A DNA stretch of 63,945 nt, filler included, from Asterionella formosa (lineage: Eukaryota): NCBI GenBank assembly GCA_002256025.1. It is 29 parts of 29 records of this genome, joined end to end, with 100 filler letters (N's around TTAATTAATTAA, not from the genome) between each part and the next. Parts side by side here need not be neighbours in the genome. Positions count along the whole stretch, not along the records: positions 11,066 to 13,177 come from NKIB01000403.1; positions 13,278 to 15,389 come from NKIB01000404.1; positions 15,490 to 17,601 come from NKIB01000405.1; positions 17,702 to 19,813 come from NKIB01000406.1; positions 19,914 to 22,024 come from NKIB01000407.1; positions 22,125 to 24,235 come from NKIB01000408.1; 23 more parts are not named here. The stretch is one strand, 5' to 3'. This document shows positions 11,066 through 23,300 of the stretch, one piece after another (the first letter of the stretch is position 1; each line of letters opens with the position of its first letter). The translations under genes and the position numbers were made by a program. The notes beneath the pieces were generated by a model. It was not told the origin of the DNA and did not search any database. It saw nothing but the letters and a program-made list of their open reading frames with translations.

Positions 11066-13177
11066 CAGCATCTTGGAGCTTGTACAATTCCATACATAGC
11101 CTTAATTAATTTGCAGATATGTATATTCTGATCGATCCCTGTCAATCCTTCTGGGGGCTCAATATAAATGTCTTCGTCGACGTCAGCATTTAAAAACGCT
11201 GCTTCAACGTCAATTGCTTCCGCTATCCAACCATAGTACAAAGTAACAGCCAGAACAGTTTTTATTGTAGCATCACTTGCAACAGGAGCGAATGTTTCAG
11301 TAAAATCAACTCCCGGGATCTGTTCATATCCCTTTACAACCAACCGTGCCTTGTATACTGTCTTTCCAGTTATCACGTCCTCCTTAATACGGAAGACCCA
11401 TCTTGTCTTAAGAGCTCTCTTGTTCACGTCATTTCTCTTAACTATTGTCCACACTCCTTGAGGTAGATTTTCCTTTTTCAGTGTCTGCGGTTGATTTATC
11501 CTTGTCGTCATCATCTTCCTTGTTGTCTGAACCTTCTGGTAGTAAATCTTCATTGTAGAAATCATCATCTAATCCATCATTATTGACTTCATCTTCTGGT
11601 TGAACTGTTACTTTCTCTTTAGCATTGTCCTTGTAGATTTTTCCTAGTCCGTCCGTAGGTGCGTTTGTTCCATGCCACTCACTCCACTTAACATCGCGTG
11701 TATTGATTACAGTGTTAGTCTCATGATTATACATACGATACGTATCTTGGGAGTGGTCCTCCGAATAACCCAAAAAGACACACTTGAAAGAACGTGCGTC
11801 TAATTTCTTGATGTTGTGTCTTGCAGTAACCCATCCTACGCGCCCAAATTGCTTGTATAACTTGTAGGGCCTTCTTGGATTCATTTCGCCGTAGAACATG
11901 TCGTCGGGACTTCTTTTAGTTACTGAGTTAACTGTACTATTTGTTAAACGTGTAGCTGTATGTACCGCCTCTGCCCATAATAGCCCTTGGTACTCATCTG
12001 TTAGTTTCGCACTTAGCATCATTGCTAGTGCCCTCTGTCGCACAATGACAAAACCGCGTTCCGCTACACCATTGTGTTGTGGAGTGTGCGGGGCAGTAAA
12101 TTCCATTTTTATACCGCGATTTTCACATACCTTTCTCAATTGTTTAGTATTCTCGCCTGCGTCATCGCAACGGACATACTTTGTCTTGTGACCGGCTCCG
12201 GCTAAACTTGATAGTAAAATTTCAATGACTGTTCCGATATCGCTCTTCTTTTTAATGAAATAGCTCCAGCGCTTTCTTGTGTAGTCGTCCACTGCCATGA
12301 CCCAGTACTGATTGCCAACAGCGGATTTCGCGTAAGGTCCGCTGATGTCCACAAACAGTCTCTCTCCAGGTACCGTCGATTTTTCTTGCGTTGTTTTTGG
12401 GACGGCTCGTGCTTTCGCTTTCGCTGCCGCACAGCCTGCGCACACTGTCATGATGCCGCTCAACTTCCATCCAAATAATTTTGCCGTATCGTGCAAACAT
12501 TTCTCGCCCACATGACCAAGCATCGCATGCGCTTCATTGATATCGACAATCACATAATTATTTTCAAACTCACCATTTTGATTATTCCATTTGTTCTTTC
12601 CTTTGTTCGTTTTCTTTGCTTCAACTTTCGTCCAATCGTTTTCATTGTAGTCGTCGATCGATTGTTGTGTCGCGTTCTCTTGTAGTTGATCGACTTCCAT
12701 CACCGTTTGCTTGATGATCGGATTACCTTCGACATGATACATTGCTCCAAGCTTTCGAGTTTTATCTCTTTTGCAGGTTAGAAAACCGCTCTTGTTTCGT
12801 ATCGTCATCCTATCGTCCTCGAAGATCACTTGATTACCCTTGTCGATCATTCTAGAGACACTGATGATGTTCTGCTTGAACTCCGGTGCATAAAGCACAT
12901 CGGTGAGTTTCAAGCATTTTCCTTCGTCCGTAGTCGTCAGGGTCACGGTACCAGAGACAGTTGATACTATCTCAGTTCCATTCCCTACCACGACCGTTTC
13001 ACTCACTTGTTTCTTGTCTTCCATCATGCGCACATCCGTGCAGATGTGAACAGCAGCACCGCTGTCTAACAACCAGCGATTTCTGACGTCACGAGCGAGG
13101 TTGACTTCCTCGTTGTAACTAATTTCGACGCCCGTGTCGACGAACATTCCTTGCTGGGTAGATGTAGTCGTGTTGTT
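11066..13177 (-). mobile_element. Ty1/Copia LTR retrotransposon pol fragment (protease, integrase, start of RT), frame break near 11460
   Basis: WLLDSGAAVHIC; HAMLGH...CAGC; LFVDISGP...VDDYTR...RCDDAGEN...PQHNGVAER; then in another frame RWVFRIK...YKARLVVKGYEQIPGVDFTETFAPV...IDVEAAFLNA...AMYGIVQAPR. Copia domain order PR-IN-RT. Confidence 0.95.
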
Positions 13178-13277
13178 NNNNNNNNNNNNNNNNNNNNNNN
13201 NNNNNNNNNNNNNNNNNNNNNTTAATTAATTAANNNNNNNNNNNNNNNNNNNNNNNNNNNNNNNNNNNNNNNNNNNN

Positions 13278-15389
13278 ATACTCAGGTGGGAGTGGGGTAG
13301 GAGACAGAACTCCAGTGCATGCCACCCATAGCATCAAGAATCCTATCCCACCCACCTAGTTTTGCCACATTTCGGTGAGATAGTTTAACCACGTTTCCGG
13401 TGGGATCCCCCGATAGTTGTTCATATCAGCCAAGTCCCCTTTCTTAGGTATTGAGACGACCAGTGACTCAGCCCACGACTGCCGAGGCCTCGGCATTTTT
13501 TTTTGGCTGTTCCAAGGCGCCAGGAGAAAACCTATCCGGCCGCTTTGCCCGCCTGCCCCATCGATGTGGGGTGCTTGGGGGGCATCATGGGAGGATTCGA
13601 ACTCCTCCCACCAGTTCATGTGTTCAGGAATGTTTTTGAGGCACCCCGTCATCCAATCATGTCCCAGTGTCCGGTGAGGCACCCCGCCCCTCTCACCTGG
13701 GCGAGGTAGTGTGAGACTTTCACTCACTAAAAACCTGTGTGCAGCCCCAGTCTTGACCAGTACGCGGTCTGCCCTACCCGTCGGGGCGTTGGCCCGTGGA
13801 GGTGTGTGGGACCCCGTCAAATGCCTCACTTGCGTAAGACCCCCAACGGGACCTGATTATGTTAGCACGAAGGCTAACAACGCTCATCAGGAACCTGGCA
13901 AGGGTGGTGGCCCCTGCCGGGTTCCGTTCCATCTGGCTACCGTCCCCATCGGATGATGAGCTTTCAACCGAAGAGTCACAGTTTTGCTGTGCTGTGACTC
14001 CGGTTGGTTCGCCCACCATCCATCCATGTACCCAGCGGTTGTCACAACTCCCTCCGAGGAGCCATGCCAACCGTTGTTGGTCAAAACCGAGGGCGAAATT
14101 CGGCCCTAACGTCCGAACTTTCGCGATCAATTCTGCCATGTGTGGCTCGGTGCGTAGACCACGCCACCGACCACACGTGAACACTAAGTGTTCCAGCGTT
14201 TCTGGCTCATCCATACCACAAAATGGACACTTCCTCAAATACCTATGAGGCATTCGCTTCCACCCCACCAAGGTGGGGACAGTTACAAATGCCCCAATCC
14301 GACACCGAACTATCAAAGCCAGTCCTGCTTGGTCGTTGGGACTGCCCCCCACACGTGACCGTGTGAGTGGATGCTTGTCAAATCCGGCTCCCTCATACCA
14401 CACTGTGCGGGCCCCCGACGGACGAGTCAAGTTCCGTCGGATCCCACACTCTCTCTCCAAGATGCATGCTTTCACTACCTCAGCCAGTACCTTTGGTTCC
14501 AGGCTCTGCCATCCAGCACCCAAGTACCTCTCCACAATAGACACCGGTGCATGGGGGAGCGCATAGCGTTTCAGCCAGCGCGGAACCCCTGAGCACCATG
14601 TCCATTTCTGACTTCGGAATGGGCTTAGGACCAATTCCTGAAGCCAGGTTTTGAGACCCGAGGCCTTGGCATAAGCTCTGGCCCGTCGGGCACCCGCCAA
14701 GGCACACATTGGCAACATCCGTGCCTCCTTCCAAAGGCCTACTGATGGCACACCCCCTGCCCTCCTGGCTCCAATGCTAGCCCTAAGGCATCGGTTCAGA
14801 AGAACCTGCATTTTGTCCGTAAGGTGACGGTTCATACCATACAGCTCAGCCCCAAAAAGGAGGCGGGGGGCAACTACTCCTGCAACAGTCAGCAAACGCA
14901 TGGCCATTGGTACCACCGGGCACCGTAGAAACGGTACCAAGGTGGCAACTGTGGCCCGCCCTTGCTTGACTCTATGGTCCACCATAGACGAGATAGACAG
15001 ACCTGGTGTCATGAGGACACCCAGATACATATATCTGTCCACAACAGGGAGTGGAAGTCCCTCCAGTTCCAGTCCAGCCACATCTTGTCCAGGGACAAGC
15101 GGTTCGGTGGCCGAACCTGGGTCTGGCGGTAGGAATTCCATCAGCCCGCACTTCCCTATGCCCACACTCATCTCGTTAGCTGTAACCCAGTTGGTAACGT
15201 GCGTACAGAACCGTTTGGCCGCCTCCAGGGAGGGGCAGATTCCGGCCGCATCATCAGCAAAGAGGGTACATCGCACTGTCAGTGTGGGTGTGGAGTTCCG
15301 CCATGTGCGACTGTCCCCAGTTGGTACCAGGGCACCGCTCTCCTCCGTCCCCACTGCCAAGTCATCAATGAAGATGTTGAACAGTATAG
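13278..15389 (-). mobile_element. Non-LTR retrotransposon 3' part, copy 1 (RT C-terminal half + CCHC zinc finger; ORF 15389 to 13774)
   Basis: ILFNIFIDDL...LFADD...KCGLM...YMYLG; CPFCGMDEPETLEHLVFTC (CX2CX9HX4C); reverse complement of 15490-17601 apart from a few SNPs. Confidence 0.93.
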
Positions 15390-15489
15390 NNNNNNNNNNN
15401 NNNNNNNNNNNNNNNNNNNNNNNNNNNNNNNNNTTAATTAATTAANNNNNNNNNNNNNNNNNNNNNNNNNNNNNNNNNNNNNNNNNNNN

Positions 15490-17601
15490 CTATACTGTTC
15501 AACATCTTCATTGATGACTTGGCAGTGGGGACGGAGGAGAGCGGTGCCCTGGTACCAACTGGGGACAGTCGCACATGGCGGAACTCCACACCCACACTGA
15601 CAGTGGGATGTACCCTCTTTGCTGATGATGCGGCCGGAATCTGCCCCTCCCTGGAGGCGGCCAAACGGTTCTGTACGCACGTTACCAACTGGGTTACAGC
15701 TAACGAGATGAGTGTGGGCATAGGGAAGTGCGGGCTGATGGAATTCCTACCGCCAGACCCAGGTTCGGCCACCGAACCGCTTGTCCCTGGACAAGATGTG
15801 GCTGGACTGGAACTGGAGGGACTTCCACTCCCTGTTGTGGACAGATATATGTATCTGGGTGTCCTCATGACACCAGGTCTGTCTATCTCGTCTATGGTGG
15901 ACCATAGAGTCAAGCAAGGGCGGGCCACAGTTGCCACCTTGGTACCGTTTCTACGGTGCCCGGTGGTACCAATGGCCATGCGTTTGCTGACTGTTGCAGG
16001 AGTAGTTGCCCCCCGCCTCCTTTTTGGGGCTGAGCTGTATGGTATGAACCGTCACCTTACGGACAAAATGCAGGTTCTTCTGAACCGATGCCTTAGGGCT
16101 AGCATTGGAGCCAGGAGGGCAGGGGGTGTGCCATCAGTAGGCCTTTGGAAGGAGGCACGGATGTTGCCAATGTGTGCCTTGGCGGGTGCCCGACGGGCCA
16201 GAGCTTATGCCAAGGCCTCGGGTCTCAAAACCTGGCTTCAGGAATTGGTCCTAAGACCATTCCGAAGTCAGAAATGGACATGGTGCTCAGGGGTTCCGCG
16301 CTGGCTGAAACGCTATGCGCTCCCCCATGCACCGGTGTCTATTGTGGAGAGGTACTTGGGTGCTGGATGGCAGAGCCTGGAACCAAAGGTACTGGCTGAG
16401 GTAGTGAAAGCATGCATCTTGGAGAGAGAGTGTGGGATCCGACGGAACTTGACTCGTCCGTCGGGGGCCCGCACAGTGTGGTATGAGGGAGCCGGATTTG
16501 ACAAGCATCCACTCACACGGTCACGTGTGGGGGGCAGTCCCAACGACCAAGCAGGACTGGCTTTGATAGTTCGGTGTCGGATTGGGGCATTTGTAACTGT
16601 CCCCACCTTGGTGGGGTGGAAGCGAATGCCTCATAGGTATTTGAGGAAGTGTCCATTTTGTGGTATGGATGAGCCAGAAACGCTGGAACACTTAGTGTTC
16701 ACGTGTGGTCGGTGGCGTGGTCTACGCACCGAGCCACACATGGCAGAATTGATCGCGAAAGTTCGGACGTTAGGGCCGAATTTCGCCCTCGGTTTTGACC
16801 AACAACGGTTGGCATGGCTCCTCGGAGGGAGTTGTGATAACCGCTGGGTACATGGATGGATGGTGGGCGAACCAACCGGAGTCACAGCACAGCAAAACTG
16901 TGACTCTTCGGTTGAAAGCTCATCATCCGATGGGGACGGTAGCCAGATGGAACGGAACCCGGCAGGGGCCACCACCCTTGCCAGGTTCCTGATGAGCGTT
17001 GTTAGCCTTCGTGCTAACATAATCAGGTCCCGTTGGGGGTCTTACGCAAGTGAGGCATTTGACGGGGTCCCACACACCTCCACGGGCCAACGCCCCGACG
17101 GGTAGGGCAGACCGCGTACTGGTCAAGACTGGGGCTGCACACAGGTTTTTAGTGAGTGAAAGTCTCACACTACCTCGCCCAGGTGAGAGGGGCGGGGTGC
17201 CTCACCGGACACTGGGACATGATTGGATGACGGGGTGCCTCAAAAACATTCCTGAACACATGAACTGGTGGGAGGAGTTCGAATCCTCCCATGATGCCCC
17301 CCAAGCACCCCACATCGATGGGGCAGGCGGGCAAAGCGGCCGGATAGGTTTTCTCCTGGCGCCTTGGAACAGCCAAAAAAAAATGCCGAGGCCTCGGCAG
17401 TCGTGGGCTGAGTCACTGGTCGTCTCAATACCTAAGAAAGGGGACTTGGCTGATATGAACAACTATCGGGGGATCCCACCGGAAACGTGGTTAAACTATC
17501 TCACCGAAATGTGGCAAAACTAGGTGGGTGGGATAGGATTCTTGATGCTATGGGTGGCATGCACTGGAGTTCTGTCTCCTACCCCACTCCCACCTGAGTA
17601 T
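15490..17601 (+). mobile_element. Non-LTR retrotransposon 3' part, copy 2 (ORF open from contig start to TAG 17103-17105)
   Basis: Same motifs as copy 1; uninterrupted frame of >530 codons; GC-rich. Confidence 0.93.
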
Positions 17602-17701
17602 NNNNNNNNNNNNNNNNNNNNNNNNNNNNNNNNNNNNNNNNNNNNTTAATTAATTAANNNNNNNNNNNNNNNNNNNNNNNNNNNNNNNNNNNNNNNNNNN
17701 N

Positions 17702-19813
17702 CTATACTGTTCAACATCTTCATTGATGACTTGGCAGTGGGGACGGAGGAGAGCGGTGCCCTGGTACCAACTGGGGACAGTCGCACATGGCGGAACTCCA
17801 CACCCACACTGACAGTGGGATGTACCCTCTTTGCTGATGATGCGGCCGGAATCTGCCCCTCCCTGGAGGCGGCCAAACGGTTCTGTACGCACGTTACCAA
17901 CTGGGTTACAGCTAACGAGATGAGTGTGGGCATAGGGAAGTGCGGGCTGATGGAATTCCTACCGCCAGACCCAGGTTCGGCCACCGGACCGCTTGTCCCT
18001 GGACAAGATGTGGCTGGACTGGAACTGGAGGGACTTCCACTCCCTGTTGTGGACAGATATATGTATCTGGGTGTCCTCATGACACCAGGTCTGTCTATCT
18101 CGTCTATGGTGGACCATAGAGTCAAGCAAGGGCGGGCCACAGTTGCCACCTTGGTACCGTTTCTACGGTGCCCGGTGGTACCAATGGCCATGCGTTTGCT
18201 GACTGTTGCAGGAGTAGTTGCCCCCCGCCTCCTTTTTGGGGCTGAGCTGTATGGTATGAACCGTCACCTTACGGACAAAATGCAGGTTCTTCTGAACCGA
18301 TGCCTTAGGGCTAGCATTGGAGCCAGGAGGGCAGGGGATGTGCCATCAGTAGGCCTTTGGAAGGAGGCACGGATGTTGCCAATGTGTGCCTTGGCGGGTG
18401 CCCGACGGGCCAGAGCTTATGCCAAGGCCTCGGGTCTCAAAACCTGGCTTCAGGAATTGGTCCTAAGACCATTCCGAAGTCAGAAATGGACATGGTGCTC
18501 AGGGGTTCCGCGCTGGCTGAAACGCTATGCGCTCCCCCATGCGCCAGAGTCTATTGTGGAGAGGTACTTGGGTGCTGGATGGCAGAGCCTGGAACCAAAG
18601 GTACTGGCTGAGGTAGTGAAAGCATGCATCTTGGAGAGAGAGTGTGGGATCCGACGGAACTTGACTCGTCCGTCAGGGGCCCGCACAGTGTGGTATGAGG
18701 GAGCCGGATTTGACAAGCACCCACTCACACGGTCACGTGTGGGGGGCAGTCCCAAAGACCAAGCAGGACTGGCTTTGATAGTTCGGTGTCGGATTGGGGC
18801 ATTTGTAACTGTCCCCACCTTGGTGGGGTGGAAGCGAATGCCTCATAGGTATTTGAGGAAGTGTCCATTTTGTGGTATGGATGAGCCAGAAACGCTGGAA
18901 CACTTAGTGTTCACGTGTGGTCGGTGGCGTGGTCTACGCACCGAGCCACACATGGCAGAATTGATCGCGAAAGTTCGGACGTTAGGGCCGAATTTCGCCC
19001 TCGGTTTTGACCAACAACGGTTGGCATGGCTCCTCGGAGGGAGTTGTGACAACCGCTGGGTACATGGATGGATGGTGGGCGAACCAACCGGAGTCACAGC
19101 ACAGCAAAACTGTGACTCTTCGGTTGAAAGCTCATCATCCGATGGGGACGGTAGCCAGATGGAACGGAACCCGGCAGGGGCCACCACCCTTGCCAGGTTC
19201 CTGATGAGCGTTGTTAGCCTTCGTGCTAACATAATCAGGTCCCGTTGGGGGTCTTACGCAAGTGAGGCATTTGACGGGGTCCCACACACCTCCACGGGCC
19301 AACGCCCCGACGGGTAGGGCAGACCGCGTACTGGTCAAGACTGGGGCTGCACACAGGTTTTTGGTGAGTGAAAGTCTCACACTACCTCGCCCAGGTGAGA
19401 GGGGCGGGGTGCCTCACCGGACACTGGGACATGATTGGATGACGGGGTGCCTCAAAAACATTCCTGAACACATGAACTGGTGGGAGGAGTTCGAATCCTC
19501 CCATGATGCCCCCCAAGCACCCCACATCGATGGGGCAGGCGGGCAAAGCGGCCGGATAGGTTTTCTCCTGGCGCCTTGGAACAGCCAAAAAAAAATGCCG
19601 AGGCCTCGGCAGTCGTGGGCTGAGTCACTGGTCGTCTCAATACCTAAGAAAGGGGACTTGGCTGATATGAACAACTATCGGGGGATCCCACCGGAAACGT
19701 GGTTAAACTATCTCACCGAAATGTGGCAAAACTAGGTGGGTGGGATAGGATTCTTGATGCTATGGGTGGCATGCACTGGAGTTCTGTCTCCTACCCCACT
19801 CCCACCTGAGTAT
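17702..19813 (+). mobile_element. Non-LTR retrotransposon 3' part, copy 3 (ORF to 19317)
   Basis: Same sequence with private substitutions (E>G, G>D, V>E, N>K). Confidence 0.93.
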
Positions 19814-20862
19814 NNNNNNNNNNNNNNNNNNNNNNNNNNNNNNNNNNNNNNNNNNNNTTAATTAATTAANNNNNNNNNNNNNNNNNNNNNNNNNNNNNNN
19901 NNNNNNNNNNNNNGATCCACAACCTCAGGTACCCAGATGTAAGCGCATAATGACCTCAATAGATTATGGACCAAATCAACATAACCCAAGCTAAAGAGGA
20001 ACGTATGTAGGAAGGAATGCTTCACTGCAATCAGGTCTAACAGTTGTAATCAATGTTGCCTTTGCTTGTACCAGGTACTGTATACAACTCATGCAGAAAC
20101 CGAATGCCAAATTATTCCAAATCAAATGGTGTGTATCATATTCGTATAAGTACCTGGTACCAGGGTACCAGTAGGTCTATGGTGGTGCAATGTGGTCCAG
20201 CGACAATATGACATCAGCAAGGAGTGCCTTAGTTAAAAATTCATTACCGGTAGTAACCTACATATATGATACAAAATGCTAGCAATACTTTATTAGTACC
20301 GGTATATCCTATTACATGTATGCATCGGGTAGCCTACGGCCGTTGGCTACTACAAAATACATATCTTTTATGAATCTGATCGTGATCCTATGTAGAATAT
20401 ATCACTACGGTAGTGCAGGCCGTAGCACGGATTTTATATAAGAATAGTCTGATGGTGCAATTTTGGTTTCTCTAAGTAACAGTGGTGCAATTGTGTTGCA
20501 AATGCCAATGGGCAGTTGAATTTACGAACAGTTTTTTCTTTTTCAACCCTGTTTGGGAAAAGTCCCAGTATTCTAGAAATAGGTGAACCTGACCTCGATT
20601 TTTAGCATGCTTTCTGTAGAATTGCACCCCAATTGGAATGTTGGCTAAACCAATTGGTGGCAAAGGCTTCAAGCAATGCTACAATCAACAAATCAGCAGG
20701 GTTGCGCAATTGAGCCAGAGAAAAGCGTTTGAGTCAAAATGGCCCAGTAGAAATTTGAATTATCGATGTATCTACTGGTAATATTGGAATGCGGTACCTA
20801 CTGGTACCCTGCTAGGCTACTGGGATCAATATACCGCTCCATACTTACTTCTTACTATGAAT

Positions 20863-21605
20863 CATAGGTCAGTGATATTATACTGCAATAATACTGCAAG
20901 CTTTTTTTAGAGAAAGACAGTATACTGGTATACTGTATTCACTTGTCGAACAGTTAAGTATTTCAATATTGAAATGAAAGTATACCAGTAGTATACTGAT
21001 ACCGCTTCCAAAGCAGTATTCTTATTGTGACTTGCATGAAACTTTTTCGGCCAATAACAAAGGATGCAGCAGGCAATCATGGCAGCTACTTAAGTGCTTT
21101 GGTTCTATCATGTTAATCAACTTGATCATCATCCATCTCTAATGTGATAGTCCTGCCCATTGCTTTACTGACCGCAGCCTCATTCCAGTAATGTCTATTC
21201 ATTTTTAGAAATGCGATCGCTTCAAACACAGCAGGTGATGTTGACTTGCTTCCTAACACAAGTAAGAATGTGCTTGGCAATGGAAAAGAGCCTTTCACAA
21301 CTAACATAAGTACCAAGGAGGAGGTCAAGACAACTATAATTTCTATAGTCTGCCAATTTTTTCTATTTTGGTCTTGCTTAATTGCCCAAGTATTGAACGG
21401 AATTTCACTCTCCAATTCTACAAGACATGCCGGATTTTCTGAAGATTCCTACATAGCAGTATACTGGGAAGCTATGCCAGTATACTGGAAATTTTTTGGA
21501 ACAGTATGGTATTTGGAATATAGAATGACAGTATACTGGTATACTGATACTGCGTCTGGAGCAGTATCAGTATCCAATACTGCAGTATACTTTCACCGAC
21601 CTCAG
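20863..21605 (-). mobile_element. Complete non-autonomous hAT element (743 bp) with imperfect TIRs and 8-bp TSD CTATGAAT
   Basis: Ends cataggtcagtga / ctgaggtcggtga; CTATGAAT at 20855-20862 and 21606-21613; subterminal CAGTATACTG repeats; internal SCERLFSIAKHIL...SPAVFEAIAFLKMNRHYW (hAT dimerisation domain). Confidence 0.92.
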
Positions 21606-21931
21606 CTATGAATGACGATTGTACATACGTATGCATACGACTGAATCACATACCGGTATGTACCAATCCAGCGTCCCGCACGACATGGTGGAATTGATCT
21701 TTCGCTCACAAGAACCATACAGATATATTTAAAACTCATACCGGCATATCTAAATTCAATACTCTTTTATTTGTACAGCATACATACAGTACCGTAATTG
21801 GTAAAATTAAACCCAAGTTGTATTTTCCCGTAGGCCTCTGCTATGTGTCTACTGGGTCATTTTAATACTGGCACGGTATTGATCTGAAAATACTAGAGGA
21901 AGCACCGTGTTACAACAGTATTTGCCAGTAG

Positions 21932-21968
21932 AAAAATTAAACCCGGTTTAACTGGGGGTTTAATTTTT
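21932..21968. repeat. AT-rich hairpin, 13-bp arms
   Basis: aaaaattaaaccc...gggtttaattttt, with further aattaaacc units nearby. Confidence 0.6.
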
Positions 21969-22799
21969 TGGTTTAATTAAACCATAATTGTACGCACGAT
22001 CATCGTAGGAATATACACTGTACGNNNNNNNNNNNNNNNNNNNNNNNNNNNNNNNNNNNNNNNNNNNNTTAATTAATTAANNNNNNNNNNNNNNNNNNNN
22101 NNNNNNNNNNNNNNNNNNNNNNNNCTTAATAAACGGGGGGAGTCATGACCAATTTTTCAAATGGTCGAAATCATACATTTATGTATATAGACATATTGAC
22201 CAAAATTCATATGGCCTACCGGTAGTCCTGTATAATTGCTGGTAATTACTTCCATCATGGAAATACCAAAATAGTGCAGCGGAAAACTGAATATGCTCAT
22301 GTGTTTAGGATCATTTGATCATATTTTTAAGATCAATTGATCCTGATTCTTGAAAATAAATGTTGATCGTTCATTTTCTCATCAACGACACCGTTCATCA
22401 TATGATCAATATGTTATGATCAAAGTTATAGGATAAACGAATCTAAATTCATTGATTGAAGATCATAGTTTGTACCGGAGTAGTTGCTCATGCATGCAAC
22501 CCCTTCCTCCCCCTGTATACAGTACGAAAGTGATAACCCTCAAGCTACCAAATTTTTATGTCTCTTGTAAGAATTATCGCAGCATGCATGCATACATGAC
22601 TCCTACTGGTATATACAATGCGGAAATGATGACCAGCAGACTACCAATCCTATAGGTCCTGTAGAATTATCGCAACATGGCTGCATATCTAATGAAAGGG
22701 CGGGAGGAGTCATCCATGCACCTGTATAGTATGAAATATGGAAATGATCAAATATAGCTAGTCTACACAAGGAGCAGTGCATCATATATGCCCTGTTAT

Positions 22800-23300
22800 T
22801 TTAATTCCTATGAAATCTCTTGATCTGTTCTGCGCTTTTTCGCCAACACAATTGTTTTCATTGGCTGTTTCACTGGACAGCATTCCAATTGATCGTGCTT
22901 TGAACGAAGCAATGATCAAAGTCCACCCTATTGCAGAATGGTGAGTCTCACAACTAAGTATCAGCCAGTCGATTAAAATTGGACTGTCTTTTGTGCACCC
23001 TTGCTTGTTGTGTTTGTACTTGACTTGGCAGCTGTCAGCCAAGAGCAGCCATGGCATGCCACGCACCATTTATTGTCTACACAAGTTTCGAATGCGTTCA
23101 GCTATGATAACTTCTGCTCCCCCCCCTAGACACTATCTCACCACCCTTGTCGCATATTTTTCTTTATCCTTCGGCTTCACAGGCCCAGGTTACTCAATGC
23201 CTTCATCTGCAAGGAGTTCAGCCAAGCAGATCCACGTTGGCGTCAAGAAAACCTCAACCCCGATTTTCCTCACATGCTCCACCCATTGACTTCTTCATTG
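22800..23300 (-). pseudogene. Highly decayed Tc1/IS630-like transposase C-terminus
   Basis: Minus-strand IGVEVFLTPTWICLAELLADEGIE*...VR*CL...EVIIAERIR resembles the TPKxHxELAGEGIEYxW motif of stramenopile Tc1-like transposases. Confidence 0.5.

Noticed and set aside
17050..17523. 157-aa ORF as an independent gene
   Set aside because: No ATG at the called start, overlaps the RT stop, and is open in GC-rich DNA; only the 25-aa RT motif is recognisable (reported as a finding).
13278..17601. Apparent 2.1-kb-arm palindrome and tandem RT copies
   Set aside because: The arms are separate contigs joined by the artificial linker; orientation and adjacency are arbitrary.
15490..17601. Prokaryotic RT system (retron, DGR, group II intron) or circular element
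   Set aside because: The C-terminal CCHC finger and IPKKG..NYR motif indicate a non-LTR retrotransposon; no template/variable repeat pair and no terminal overlap were seen.
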